Positions 1 to 12,998 of a stretch of 35,892 nt of DNA are shown one piece after another. The notes beneath the pieces are model-generated. The model did not search any database, had not been told where the DNA came from, and saw only the letters and a list, made by a program, of their open reading frames with translations. Every line of letters starts with the position of its first letter. Within the stretch, counting starts at the first letter, position 1. The DNA is from Octopus bimaculoides. Lineage: Eukaryota. The position numbers and the translations under genes are program-made. The DNA is taken from NCBI RefSeq assembly GCF_001194135.2, contig NC_068988.1, positions 5,603,999 through 5,639,890 of the forward strand, read 5' to 3'.

Positions 1-33
<33 letters not shown>

Positions 34-98
34 TTATATATATATGTATTGAGAATAACAAGGTAGTCAGAATGTTAGATGATTATAAATATTTCTTC

Positions 99-730
99 CT
101 TTATCGGATTTATCAAAAAAGTGGTTTATAGTAAGCTTGCTCGGCCTTTTTGTATAAAATTAAAAGTGATGATGCTTTAGAAAGAGAGAGAGAAAGTGAG
201 GGGGGAGGCGGGGGAAGAAAGAAACAAATTAGAAAGGAAGGTGCAGGGGTAAAAGAAAAGAGAGTGGGTGATTATGAAGATAGAGAAGAGAAGAGAAAGT
301 AGGAATGTATTGGTGGTTTGCAGAGGAAGGAAAAAGAAAGATCAAAAAGTTTGACAGGGAGGAAGAGGAGGAGGAGGAGGAAAGGCTTTTTTATCATTGC
401 GGTCAGACTTGTTTGATTCAATATGTTGTTTTTGACCTCACTGATGCAAAACCACACCTCCTCCTCCCTCTCAAAAATTGTTCTTCTTTCTTTTCCCTTC
501 CTCTCCAATCCACCAAAACACTCATACGTCATTTCTCTCTTCTTTATCTTCACCATCACCCACTCTCTCCTCCTCTCTCACCCCTGCACTTTCCTTTCTA
601 ATTTGTTACTCTCTTTCCCCCATCACCCTCCCTTCTCTCTCTCTCTCTAAAGCACCATCACTTTCAATTTTATATAAAAAGGCCAAGCAAACTTAATATA
701 TATCACTTTTTTGATAAACACGATAAAAGA
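99..730. repeat. Long imperfect inverted repeat (foldback/MITE-like); arms ~99-375 and ~453-730, spacer ~80 nt
   Basis: Reverse complement of 453-730 aligns by eye with 99-375, e.g. tttatcaaaaaagtg (112-126) vs cacttttttgataaa, and aacaaattagaaagga vs tcctttctaatttgtt. The purine-rich left arm mirrors the pyrimidine-rich right arm. Confidence 0.85.
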
Positions 731-1034
731 AGCGCTAAAAATATAAATAAATATAAATATATATAATCATCCAGCATTCTGACTACTTTGTTATTCTCGA
801 TATATATATATACTAGCAAACGACATCCCGTCCATTGGATGGTTTGTATAGGTGGAGAGGGTTAACTTGGACTGTGTTAAGTTGTGGAGATGTTTGGTTA
901 GTATATGAGGTTGTTACTTTTGGTTAAGAATAAATATGTGAATGGAAATTAAGTTTAATTTGTAGCCGAAATAGTACTGAATCTTTTGATACTCCATACA
1001 TCAAAAATCTGTAATCCTTTTGGGAAATGCATGA

Positions 1035-1070
<36 letters not shown>

Positions 1071-1510
1071 AGTGTGCATATCTAAGTATCTATATGTCTA
1101 TGCATTTTTTCCACTTTTGTATTGGAAGATTGAACAAGAGCAATTAGTTATGAAAACTTGGTAAGTGGTCTAATTTCTTGTAGAAGTAACACCTTCATAT
1201 TGTAGAACGAAAACATGATCACACTCACGATAACTCATCTGCTGAAGAGTTGATTATATTAAACGTAATTTCAGCAATGTATTATTTAATTACTAACTAA
1301 CCTTTTATTGTGTGTACCAAATGGGCGATGTTATAAACTGCTGCGAGGACAGTTGATAATCAATCACTTAGTATATATACTAATATTAGTGTTGCCTGAT
1401 GTAGTGTGTAATCTGCTTGCAAGTATGTAATCAAGCAAACAGACACATTAAACAAAGCTATATCTATAGGAGTGTGCAATTAACAGAACTTGTGCATATA
1501 TAAAAGTCTA

Positions 1511-1955
1511 ATGGCTTTGGAATATTTACCAACGTTCCAAATTTTCTTCCAGATTGGGAATCGTCACATAATATTATCGACAACTATCATTTGGTTTATA
1601 TAAATATTGAAGAATACAAGTCATATTCAATGAGCGATAGTATTCTTAATTCACCCCAGAAGAAAATTAGATAGCTTTCGATTCTGTACAAAGTTTCTCC
1701 TGAATTTAGTATAGAAAGTTGTCACTCGTCTGGTTTGACAAACCGATTTGGTTTCTGTGTCCTCTTCATCTATTTTATTTTTACTATTGAATTAGTACAC
1801 CTTCCGTGGTTTATTCTAACAAATTATTCTATTAAAGGCTCTGCGTTTCTATAAGCGAAAGTTCTGTTTTGTCGGTAAAGGTGTTCACTGTTATGTGTGC
1901 AATTAATTCAATTTGGACTAAGAATGCTACCAATCAGTTTCGGCATAACTACAGA
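1511..1955 (+). pseudogene. GRL/7TMIC variable first exon A, 5' part, pseudogenised
   Basis: Translates as MALEYLPT...INIEEYKS...SGLTNRFGFCVLFIYFIFTIELVHLPWFILTNYS...AK/SSVLSVKVFTVMCAINSIW, colinear with exons C/D. In-frame stops at 1672 and 1852, frameshifts near 1530 and 1860; homology stops near 1955. Confidence 0.85.
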
Positions 1956-1957
1956 GT

Positions 1958-2331
1958 TCTACCACCCAGACTTTGGAAGGTCATAACTTTCAGAAAAATA
2001 AATATTTTTTAATGAAATTTTCTATGCATATTGTATTTATTATGTAGATTCCGAATATACAAAAAGTTTCGGTGAAAGTGTTTTGGAATGGGGGTGGGGG
2101 ACAATTTTCGGAAATTCCAACTGAGTCCACTTAAATTCTTCTTAACTTCCAGGAAAATTAATATTTTTTCGTGAAATTTTCTACAAATATACCTTGATGT
2201 ATGTACATTTCGAACATGTAGGAATTTTGAAGGAAACGTCTGCAGGTTATTTTTGAGAAGCGTTCCCCACTCGGTGGTGTTTCGGAGAAAGTCGTCCATA
2301 ATTGTTTCATTTTTCTCTATTATGTGCGTAT
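1958..2331. mobile_element. Probable DNA transposon/MITE fragment truncating exon A
   Basis: Homology to exon A ends abruptly here. Contains an internal direct repeat (aaataaatattttttaatgaaattttcta ~1997 vs aaattaatattttttcgtgaaattttcta ~2156) and an aggtcataacttt motif. Runs into a gap; family not identified. Confidence 0.4.
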
Positions 2332-3225
2332 NNNNNNNNNNNNNNNNNNNNNNNNNNNNNNNNNNNNNNNNNNNNNNNNNNNNNNNNNNNNNNNNNNNNN
2401 NNNNNNNNNNNNNNNNNNNNNNNNNNNNNNNNNNNNNNNNNNNNNNNNNNNNNNNNNNNNNNNNNNNNNNNNNNNNNNNNNNNNNNNNNNNNNNNNNNNN
2501 NNNNNNNNNNNNNNNNNNNNNNNNNNNNNNNNNNNNNNNNNNNNNNNNNNNNNNNNNNNNNNNNNNNNNNNNNNNNNNNNNNNNNNNNNNNNNNNNNNNN
2601 NNNNNNNNNNNNNNNNNNNNNNNNNNNNNNNNNNNNNNNNNNNNNNNNNNNNNNNNNNNNNNNNNNNNNNNNNNNNNNNNNNNNNNNNNNNNNNNNNNNN
2701 NNNNNNNNNNNNNNNNNNNNNNNNNNNNNNNNNNNNNNNNNNNNNNNNNNNNNNNNNNNNNNNNNNNNNNNNNNNNNNNNNNNNNNNNNNNNNNNNNNNN
2801 NNNNNNNNNNNNNNNNNNNNNNNNNNNNNNNNNNNNNNNNNNNNNNNNNNNNNNNNNNNNNNNNNNNNNNNNNNNNNNNNNNNNNNNNNNNNNNNNNNNN
2901 NNNNNNNNNNNNNNNNNNNNNNNNNNNNNNNNNNNNNNNNNNNNNNNNNNNNNNNNNNNNNNNNNNNNNNNNNNNNNNNNNNNNNNNNNNNNNNNNNNNN
3001 NNNNNNNNNNNNNNNNNNNNNNNNNNNNNNNNNNNNNNNNNNNNNNNNNNNNNNNNNNNNNNNNNNNNNNNNNNNNNNNNNNNNNNNNNNNNNNNNNNNN
3101 NNNNNNNNNNNNNNNNNNNNNNNNNNNNNNNNNNNNNNNNNNNNNNNNNNNNNNNNNNNNNNNNNNNNNNNNNNNNNNNNNNNNNNNNNNNNNNNNNNNN
3201 NNNNNNNNNNNNNNNNNNNNNNNNN

Positions 3226-3260
<35 letters not shown>

Positions 3261-3261
3261 T

Positions 3262-3304
<43 letters not shown>

Positions 3305-3326
3305 AAGAGAGAGAGAGAGAGAGAAA
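3226..3326. repeat. (GA)n microsatellite directly upstream of exon B
   Basis: Visible GA/GATA repeat at the gap edge. Confidence 0.95.
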
Positions 3327-3372
3327 GATTAGCAAGGAACTATAATCATAAGAAACAGAAGTCTTTAACAGC

Positions 3373-3787
3373 TTGAGTGTGCTCATAGACATAATTTTAT
3401 TCATTCATGTGTATGATCCTTTCAATATAAACATCGATGAATACCAAGCAAAACCTATTAAACACACAACTCTAAATAATTTTCTGACGAAAATTGAACA
3501 GCTTTTAATATTTCTTAGGTTTCCTTCTAAAATGCATATCGACGTATGGAGATCGTCTGGATTCAAAAAAACGAAGTCTGCATTGTTTACTATTTCTGTT
3601 GTATTTCATGTTTATTATTGATTTCACTCGTTTGCCATGGTTTATTTTAGCAAAACATACCAGTGAGAATAGTCGGCCTCTGTTGGCCAAAAGTTCTCTT
3701 CTATTCTTGAAAATACTTCCATGCATGCTTACAATAAATACACTCTGGAATCGACATTTTATCGCTCTGCTTCTGCAAAAACTTCGT
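3373..3787 (+). pseudogene. GRL/7TMIC variable first exon B, pseudogenised 5' part
   Basis: VYDPFNINIDEYQAKPIKHTTLNNFLTKIEQLLIFLRFPSKMHIDVWRSSGF then, after a +1 A in the run at 3565-3571, YFMFIIDFTRLPWFILAKHTSENSRPLLAKSSLLFLKILPCMLTINTLWNR. Very close to C/D. The ATG and ~20 N-terminal codons are deleted relative to D; homology breaks at 3787. Confidence 0.9.
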
Positions 3788-5384
3788 ATTCTGTTACTCT
3801 CTTGGGCGACAGCCTGACGACTTTATACCTAGCATGGGCCGCCTACGTGCAGGTCACTGACTATATATGATTCCAATCCATCAGGTCTGCATGCTTTGCC
3901 ACCTTGCCATCACCGCAGGACATCCGAATAAAAATTAAATAAATATATACTAAAAGTAAAGATGAATACATGTTGAAAATAAAATATATAGAGGGGAAGA
4001 AGCAGCACATATTGATCAGAGGTCAACAATGCCTGTACAGTTTTAGGTCGAATAAGGCTTGCACGACACTTCATTGACCCTCTCCACTCTATTGAAATTA
4101 TCCAGAGACCGGCCAGAGCTAGATGTTTGGTGCCAATATGAGTCGCAGGTTCAGGGATATGGGAACGCCATGATCTCTAGCACAAAACAAAGATCACCAA
4201 AATGTCCAATGCCATTCCCTGCATACCTGGTTTTGTATCTGAGTGACCCTCTTCTAGAGACATGCTTAACAGAAGCTGAGGGGTCTTATAGCACGCCGGA
4301 CACGATCCTGGAATTTCTGCGTACCCGTACATACATACAAATATGCGTACATACACGCATACATATATGTAAGCCACTTTTTCTTTCAGCACCTACACCC
4401 AATTGGCAGTTATGTTCCATTAGAGGAATGAGATATATTCATTGATGTCAATAAGCTCATTTTCTGTATGGACGTGAAAGTGTATCATTTAGCCGACAAT
4501 GTCTGTGTGTGTGTGCGAATACATTACATATGACGACGGAATGGAAAAAAATAGGCAATTTCCATAAAATTTACTGATATATTAAAAGCAAAAAACAAAG
4601 CAGTCGACCACTTTTTGTCGTTTTCATCACATTATTAAGGAAAAGAGTACATAGTGCGTTCCTGATGAAAAATGTATTTTATTATTAGACGCAATAAGAT
4701 AGGCAGAATTTCAAGCCGCAGAATATCACTGGTATTTGGTGATATAATCGTATAATCGTAGCCGAAATCTAAACATTCAACCAAGACGGCGCCCAAGCAA
4801 TGATCATGTCATTTGGTTTTTTGTACGTATTTGAAGTCATACACATATTTTATATCTAAGTCCTGATATAATAATGAGTATGACTCACTTTTTGTTTTGA
4901 TGGCCAAATGGCATATATCAAATATGTTTCTAGATCAGACACTAAAGCATACGGTCTCAAAGGATAGCTAAACCCGGTAACGAACATCCAAGCGCCTTAC
5001 TAGAACGCAACCCGATTGTTATGAAAGACAAATTCGAAAAATGTGCTGGATATTCCTGAAGCGTACTACGTCGAGATAAATAATGCGAGGTATTTTTTCC
5101 AATGATCCAACGATGAAACCAATCTGGTGCCATTGGCATTTCACACAAAATCGAGTTGTTAATTACTTTTGTTTGCATCTATTAGCAAGATATCACATTA
5201 CAGAATCTTAACTCGGCCACAATCACAACATAACCAATAGGAATTAACATTATCATTGAAATAGTTATTTTATTAGTAATGGATAAATTGATAACATGGA
5301 AAGTAAATGTAAGAGCTTATTTACAAAGTGGGCCGGGTAAAATTAAATTTAGTAGTATAACAAGTTTCCATCGACTTATATCCA

Positions 5385-5640
<256 letters not shown>

Positions 5641-5725
5641 TAAAGAATTGTAATCACAAGGAACAGAATGCTTTGACACCTTGAGCGCGCGGATAGAGAT
5701 GACTTTATACAAATGCAGATGTTGA

Positions 5726-6808
5726 ATGGCTTTGCACTCGTTACCAACTGTTCTTACAAATATGGAAACATCTCACGCTGTCGTTGATATATTCAATCCA
5801 TTAAAAATAAATATGGAAGAATACAAATCAAAGCCTATTAAGCTGACGACTCTAAATATCTTTGTGGATAAATTTGAACAGCTTTCAATATTTCTTAGAT
5901 TTCCTTCTAAAGTGAATATCGATGTATGGAAATCGTTTGGATTAAAAAACCGCACACTGTATTGCTTACTACTTCTGTCGTATTTCGTGTTTAGTTTTGA
6001 TTTTATTCGTTTGCCATGGTATATTTTAGCAAAGTACTCCAGTGAGGGGACTGGGCCTCTGTTGGCCAAAAGTTCCCTTCTATTCGTGAAGACACTTCCA
6101 AGTATGCTTGCAATAAATATGCTTTGGAACAGACAGTTTATCATTCAGTTTCTACGAGAATTTCGTAGTTATATTCCAGCAGAGCAAAGTGATAGATATA
6201 TGACTAAATATAATAAAATGGGAATGTTTCAAATCAAATTCCATACATTTTTAGGTATCGTAATGTGTTTTACAGTTCAAATTTTGTTGCCAATTGTTTT
6301 AAAAGAACCGGAATATTTTCTTGATGTGATGTGTTTCCCATTAACACGTAAGAGCGAGTTATTTGAATTTACTTTGATTTTAAATTTTATAATACATTTA
6401 TTAGTTCATCTCCTGACGATGCTAAACAATATAATGTTCTTTATAGCAATATTACTTATGATAAATGAATTTAAATGTTTGTCGGATAAACTTGAAAATG
6501 TCATGCAGAAAATGATCCGGGAACACACAGGGATATTTGTTACACGTAGTCATTGCAGTAAAATCCTATATCAGATTATTAACCAGCATGGAAGACTTTG
6601 CAATTTGCTGAAATTTATGAATGCTGTATTTCAAGGCGGAGGCGCTATTTCCATATTGTCATTCGTTATAATCTGTTGTGTTATACTATATGCAGTAGCA
6701 AATAACTTAGTCACAGGAAATGGCTACATATTGCAAATTGTGTGCGGAGTACTAACAGCACTATCATTTATACTGTACACATATAAAGGACTACAGCTGA
6801 ATTTTAGT
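5726..6808 (+). CDS. GRL/7TMIC chemoreceptor variable first exon C (361 codons, N-term to TM6); predicted to splice to 20836 for a 431-aa protein
   Basis: Open frame with six hydrophobic segments and OR/GR-like motifs (CFPL after TM3, NEFKCL, HGRLCNLLKFMN, IICC, YKGLQL). Ends at a phase-0 AGT|GTAAGT donor (GT at 6809). The splice partner is inferred. Confidence 0.85.
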
Positions 6809-7608
6809 GTAAGTATTCGAATTGTTAATCTTATTCTGCCAACAGTCTTAAATGCAGTGCATTAGTTTGACTTCATCTTTATACGTCATAATCAACAGCT
6901 TTTCCTGAATTGTAAATATGAATTTATTCGCTTAACTATTTGTTTAAAAATAGAGAAGATTGTAGATTTTATGGCAGTAGAAGAAAATGAGCATCGTGAA
7001 AATTAAACTATAGAGAAGAGGGTTAACAGGGTTTCAATTTTCAAGAGGTTTCACTGGAAACGAATCAGAGAATTAGACTTTATACGTAATTTAGAAAAAA
7101 TAGTAACGTTCTGACATTTGTTCAGCTAAAGCAATTTGCTTTAACACAATCACTACAGCGTTGACCATAGAATGCCTTATATTTTTTTTATGATTCTCGT
7201 GTCAGTCACTGAACCAGGGTCATGAAGGCGAACGGTTCTGATGATCAATTATTACTCCAACAAACGGAGCCGTAAACTGGTTTTTTTTCTTTCTTTTCCC
7301 TTAACGCTAATTCACTTGGATTTAAAGAACATATGACCAGTTGTTGAAACGGTGGGAACACGAACAACGGTGTACCCCCTCTCACACACTCACAGAGACA
7401 CAAACGCACATACTCACACACACACACGCAATTAGGCACACACCTACCCATACATACAGACGCACATAAAAGGAGTCACACATATAAATATGCAGCAAAC
7501 ATCCACGCATTTTTTCTGTAGAAAGCAATGGTCGTCTCTATTCTATAAGAAAATTCATTCGCCGAACGGTCTGGGATTCAACTCGAAATCATGCAGTTGC
7601 AAAGCTGA

Positions 7609-8060
7609 GGGCGGTGAGCTGGCAGAAACGTGAGCACATCGGGAAAAATGCTTAGCAGTATTTCGTCAGCCGCTACGTTCTGAGTTCAAATTCCGCCGAG
7701 GTCGACTTTGCTTTCATCTTTTCGGGGTTGATTAAATAAGTACCAGTTACGCACTGGGGTCGATATAATCGACTTAATCCGTTTGTCTGTCCTTGTTTGT
7801 CCTCTCTGTGTATAGCTCCTTGTGGGCAATAAAGAAATTAGAAACGTGAGCACGCCCTAGAATTATAGGGTACATCAAATATTATGCTCAATACTGCAAT
7901 ACTGCAGATATGCTTGTTAGTTGCCTCACTTTAACTAGTTGAGCATGTCCCTTAACGGCTGACGATATGTGCGTCTCTGACAACGAGCAGATGTAGTGGA
8001 GAGGCATCATAGCCATATGTATAGAGGAATTCTTTGCGATTTGATTAATTCCCCTCTGGA
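7609..8060 (+). mobile_element. Nested tRNA-derived SINEs
   Basis: A-box-like ggtgagctggcaga and B-box gagttcaaattcc. Body is near-identical to the 24982-25218 copy. agaaacgtgagcac is duplicated at 7624-7637 and 7840-7853, consistent with insertion into another SINE head. Confidence 0.8.
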
Positions 8061-8596
8061 AATACGCGTGTTTTCTTCATCATCATTAAACAAAGCTTAT
8101 TCAGGGAACTCAAGAAATCTCTTACAAAGCCCCACCTGTTATATTAACAAAGTCGACATCGGTGCTATTTGTTCTTGGAGCGTACTAAATCGAGACATGT
8201 AATGCAAGTTATTTTTCCGATGTCCTAACGATAAAACCAATCCGCTATCATTAGTGTTTCATATAATATCGAGTAGTTACTTGCCTATGTTTGCATATAT
8301 CAGTTAGATAGCACATTATTTAATCATGGCTCTGTCACAGTCAGATAAAATAAATTAGTATGATTATTTATGTAATATTTAGTATCTCAACAATAAACAA
8401 CGTATTAATGAGTACCATGGAAAAGAAAACTGGTTAGTTTACTTACATAGTGGGTGAGGTTTTAGTTTAGTGGAAGAATACTTAATATATATGTAGTATG
8501 GCTTGTGTTCATTGATTTATATATTAATACAGGACCAGATCATTATAACCGCCAGGAGTGCTCATAAAAATAATTTTATACGTACAAGATTATAGA

Positions 8597-9679
8597 ATGG
8601 CTTTGCTCTCTCCACCAACTGTCCTTCCAAGTAAGGCAACATATCACACTATTGTTAACATATATAATCCTCTGGATATAAATACCGACGAATACAAATT
8701 AAATGCTGTTAAAGGCACTACTCTAAATATATTTCTGGAGAAAGTTGAACAGTTTTCAATATTTCTTAGATTTCCTTCTAAAATGAATATCAACATATGG
8801 AAGTCGTCTGGATTAAAAAAACGAACTCTGTATTGTTTACTACTTTTGTTGTATTTCGTGTCTATTGTTGATTTCATACGTTTGCCATGGTTTATTTTAG
8901 CAAAGTACTCCAGTGAGAAGACCGGGCCGCTGTTGGCAAAAAGTCTTCTCCTATTCCTAAAGATATTTCCCAATATGCTTGCAATAAATATAATTTGGAA
9001 TAGACAATTTGTCATTCAGTTTCTACGAGAATTTCGTAGTTATATTCCAGTAAACCAAAGTGATGAATATATGACTAAATATAATAAAATGGGAATGTTT
9101 CAAATCGCACTCAATATTTGTTTAATTCTAGTGTTGTGTGTTACAGTCCACATTATATTGCCAATAGTTTTAAAAGAACCGGAATATTTTCTTGATGTGA
9201 TGGGTTTCCCACTAACACGTAAAAGCGGCTTATTTGAATTTGTTTTGTTAATAAATTTCATGACACAAATATTGGTAAACCTAATAACGATGCCAAGCAA
9301 TGCATTGAACCTTGTGTTATTCTCATATATGACAGATGAGTTTAAATGTTTGTCAGATAAACTTGAAAAAGTCTTGCGGAATATGCACCGGGAAAATAGA
9401 AGAATATTTGTCTTACGCAGTCATTTCAATAAAATTATTTATCAGATTATTTACCAGCATGGAAGACTTTGCGATTTGCTGAAATTTATAAATGCTATAT
9501 CTAAAGGCGGAGGCGGTATTTCAATGTTTACATTTATTGTTATTTGTTGTGTCATAGCGTATGAAGTAGCAAATAACTTAGTGACCGGAAATGGTTACAT
9601 ATTGCAAATTATCAGCGGAATATTAACAGCACTAGCATGCCTAGGTGTAATATTCAAAGGACTACAGTTAAATTTCAGT
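8597..9679 (+). CDS. GRL/7TMIC chemoreceptor variable first exon D (361 codons, N-term to TM6); predicted 431-aa isoform
   Basis: Close paralog of C with the same length from the homologous ATG (MALLSPPTV...). Same motifs and the same phase-0 AGT|GTAAGT donor (GT at 9680). The ORF-track start at 8558 (GTG) lies in 5' flank homologous to the noncoding flank of B. Confidence 0.85.
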
Positions 9680-11609
9680 GTAAGTATTCATGTTCTAATT
9701 CTTACCTCTTCAGCAATCTTAAATACAATTTCTAATCCGATATAATTATTTCATGAATCTTTATCGAAATATTTCGCCTGAAATGTGAAAATGAATTTAT
9801 TCCCTTAATGTTCTTGTTTAGAATAGGTGAAACACATAGATTTTATGTATAAAGGCGCGTATTTTATATACATTTTCAAACAGAGAAAAAGAGGAAAAAA
9901 AGCTAGCGGAGTGATGTGAATAGATAGACAGACAGACAGACAGACGACTTCTAATAGGCTAATATTTTGTTTTACAGTGAATCAAATGTCTTAGCTGACT
10001 GTGATTGTGCTAGGAAATAACTCCTCCGACCGATTAAGGTGAAAATTCAGTTTCTACAAAATTCATTTTGCCCTTAGGAAAACGAATCCGTCAACCAATT
10101 TCTGTCGTTTTCAGGAACTTAATGAGACGGGTACACTTCCCGTTACACTTCAACAAAACATTTTAATTTTTCCACTATAACTATAGAGTTCTGTTACACT
10201 GAAGACATCGAATGACAAAAATTAATAAAGAATTTTTCCCAAATAAACAAGCTAAATTTTTGATTCTTGTATGAACAAAATACTGCGGAAAGGGCCATAT
10301 ATATANNNNNNNNNNNNNNNNNNNNNNNNNNNNNNNNNNNNNNNNNNNNNNNNNNNNNNNNNNNNNNNNNNNNNNNNNNNNNNNNNNNNNNNNNNNNNNN
10401 NNNNNNNNNNNNNNNNNNNNNNNNNNNNNNNNNNNNNNNNNNNNNNNNNNNNNNNNNNNNNNNNNNNNNNNNNNNNNNNNNNNNNNNNNNNNNNNNNNNN
10501 NNNNNNNNNNNNNNNNNNNNNNNNNNNNNNNNNNNNNNNNNNNNNNNNNNNNNNNNNNNNNNNNNNNNNNNNNNNNNNNNNNNNNNNNNNNNNNNNNNNN
10601 NNNNNNNNNNNNNNNNNNNNNNNNNNNNNNNNNNNNNNNNNNNNNNNNNNNNNNNNNNNNNNNNNNNNNNNNNNNNNNNNNNNNNNNNNNNNNNNNNNNN
10701 NNNNNNNNNNNNNNNNNNNNNNNNNNNNNNNNNNNNNNNNNNNNNNNNNNNNNNNNNNNNNNNNNNNNNNNNNNNNNNNNNNNNNNNNNNNNNNNNNNNN
10801 NNNNNNNNNNNNNNNNNNNNNNNNNNNNNNNNNNNNNNNNNNNNNNNNNNNNNNNNNNNNNNNNNNNNNNNNNNNNNNNNNNNNNNNNNNNNNNNNNNNN
10901 NNNNNNNNNNNNNNNNNNNNNNNNNNNNNNNNNNNNNNNNNNNNNNNNNNNNNNNNNNNNNNNNNNNNNNNNNNNNNNNNNNNNNNNNNNNNNNNNNNNN
11001 NNNNNNNNNNNNNNNNNNNNNNNNNNNNNNNNNNNNNNNNNNNNNNNNNNNNNNNNNNNNNNNNNNNNNNNNNNNNNNNNNNNNNNNNNNNNNNNNNNNN
11101 NNNNNNNNNNNNNNNNNNNNNNNNNNNNNNNNNNNNNNNNNNNNNNNNNNNNNNNNNNNNNNNNNNNNNNNNNNNNNNNNNNNNNNNNNNNNNNNNNNNN
11201 NNNNNNNNNNNNNNNNNNNNNNNNNNNNNNNNNNNNNNNNNNNNNNNNNNNNNNNNNNNNNNNNNNNNNNNNNNNNNNTATATATATAAGAAAGAAAAAT
11301 ATGTAAAAACGCACATGAGGTTTGTATAATAAAAATTAATGCTAATATTAATATCATAATGAAACAAAGAGTTGTATTACAACATTATATAATACACTAA
11401 ACTGGGTGATGCGGTTTCGCGTCTAACGCTTATCAAACTTCCATAGTCTCAGTTTCAACTCATGGGGGCGCCATTATTATTGACAATAACTTTTGACTGC
11501 AAAAATTATTGGCATAAATTTTGATTATACAAACTTCTTGTGCATTTTTACATATTTTTCTGTCTTGAATATCTACACTCTCGTGTAAACAAGATTTGAC
11601 ACCTTTATG

Positions 11610-11647
<38 letters not shown>

Positions 11648-12114
11648 NNNNNNNNNNNNNNNNNNNNNNNNNNNNNNNNNNNNNNNNNNNNNNNNNNNNN
11701 NNNNNNNNNNNNNNNNNNNNNNNNNNNNNNNNNNNNNNNNNNNNNNNNNNNNNNNNNNNNNNNNNNNNNNNNNNNNNNNNNNNNNNNNNNNNNNNNNNNN
11801 NNNNNNNNNNNNNNNNNNNNNNNNNNNNNNNNNNNNNNNNNNNNNNNNNNNNNNNNNNNNNNNNNNNNNNNNNNNNNNNNNNNNNNNNNNNNNNNNNNNN
11901 NNNNNNNNNNNNNNNNNNNNNNNNNNNNNNNNNNNNNNNNNNNNNNNNNNNNNNNNNNNNNNNNNNNNNNNNNNNNNNNNNNNNNNNNNNNNNNNNNNNN
12001 NNNNNNNNNNNNNNNNNNNNNNNNNNNNNNNNNNNNNNNNNNNNNNNNNNNNNNNNNNNNNNNNNNNNNNNNNNNNNNNNNNNNNNNNNNNNNNNNNNNN
12101 NNNNNNNNNNNNNN

Positions 12115-12183
<69 letters not shown>

Positions 12184-12703
12184 ATTGTTAAACAGGACGT
12201 CATACATTAAGGCAAGGCAAACATCTCCAGTCATATACAATATTATTACCGGAAGAAACTCAACATCTTATAGCTGTTTCTGGGATATCCCCGAGCATGG
12301 AATATTCCGTCATCAGAGACAAATTGGGTGTGGGGGTGAGATATGGAAAATGAGAATGGTATATATCAATAAGATGAAAACATAGAGGAAGGGAGTGAAA
12401 GAATATGGAGATGGAAAGGGAAGAGAAAAAAGAAACATAAAAGTTCATAGTTCAACTTTCTGAAATTATAGAACCCAAAGCATGAGTTCTTAGGTGCAAT
12501 CATGCGTATATCTATGTGGGTTAAAGTCCTGATATAACAGACATTCCAAGAAAAAGACGCGAACATATCAACCTAGCGTACCTAGTTCTATATCCGTCAA
12601 ATGTAAATAAAGTAAATAATCTAGTGTACCTAATCGTTTAGATCACCTGTGAACCAAACCCCCATACTTTGATATATACATACATGTATACATTTATCAG
12701 TGT

Positions 12704-12751
<48 letters not shown>

Positions 12752-12832
12752 GTGTATATATTTGTATGTATATATATGTGTGCATGTACATATGTGTATG
12801 CGTATGTATATATATATGTGTGTGTGTGTGCA

Positions 12833-12998
12833 TACCACGGGCTTCTTTCAGTTTCCCTCTACTACGTCCACTCACAGTGCTTTGGCTGACCGTAGGGGAC
12901 AGAGTAAAAGTCACTTGATCAAGGTACCAGACAGTGCGACTGAACACCAAACCATGGGGTTGGGAAGCAAGCTCTTTACCACACAGCCGTCCCTCCGC
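12833..12998 (-). mobile_element. tRNA-derived SINE (same family as 23226 and 26614), minus strand
   Basis: Reverse complement reads ggctgtgtggtaaagagcttgcttcccaacc...gggaaactgaaagaagcccg followed by a TA/TG microsatellite, matching the + strand copies. Confidence 0.85.

Noticed and set aside
4408-4520. Apparent resumption of exon B (agt tat gtt cca = SYVP) after a 620-nt insertion
   Set aside because: Only ~21-30 nt resemble exon C, then similarity collapses far below that of B's 5' half; no TSD. Not supportable without a formal alignment.
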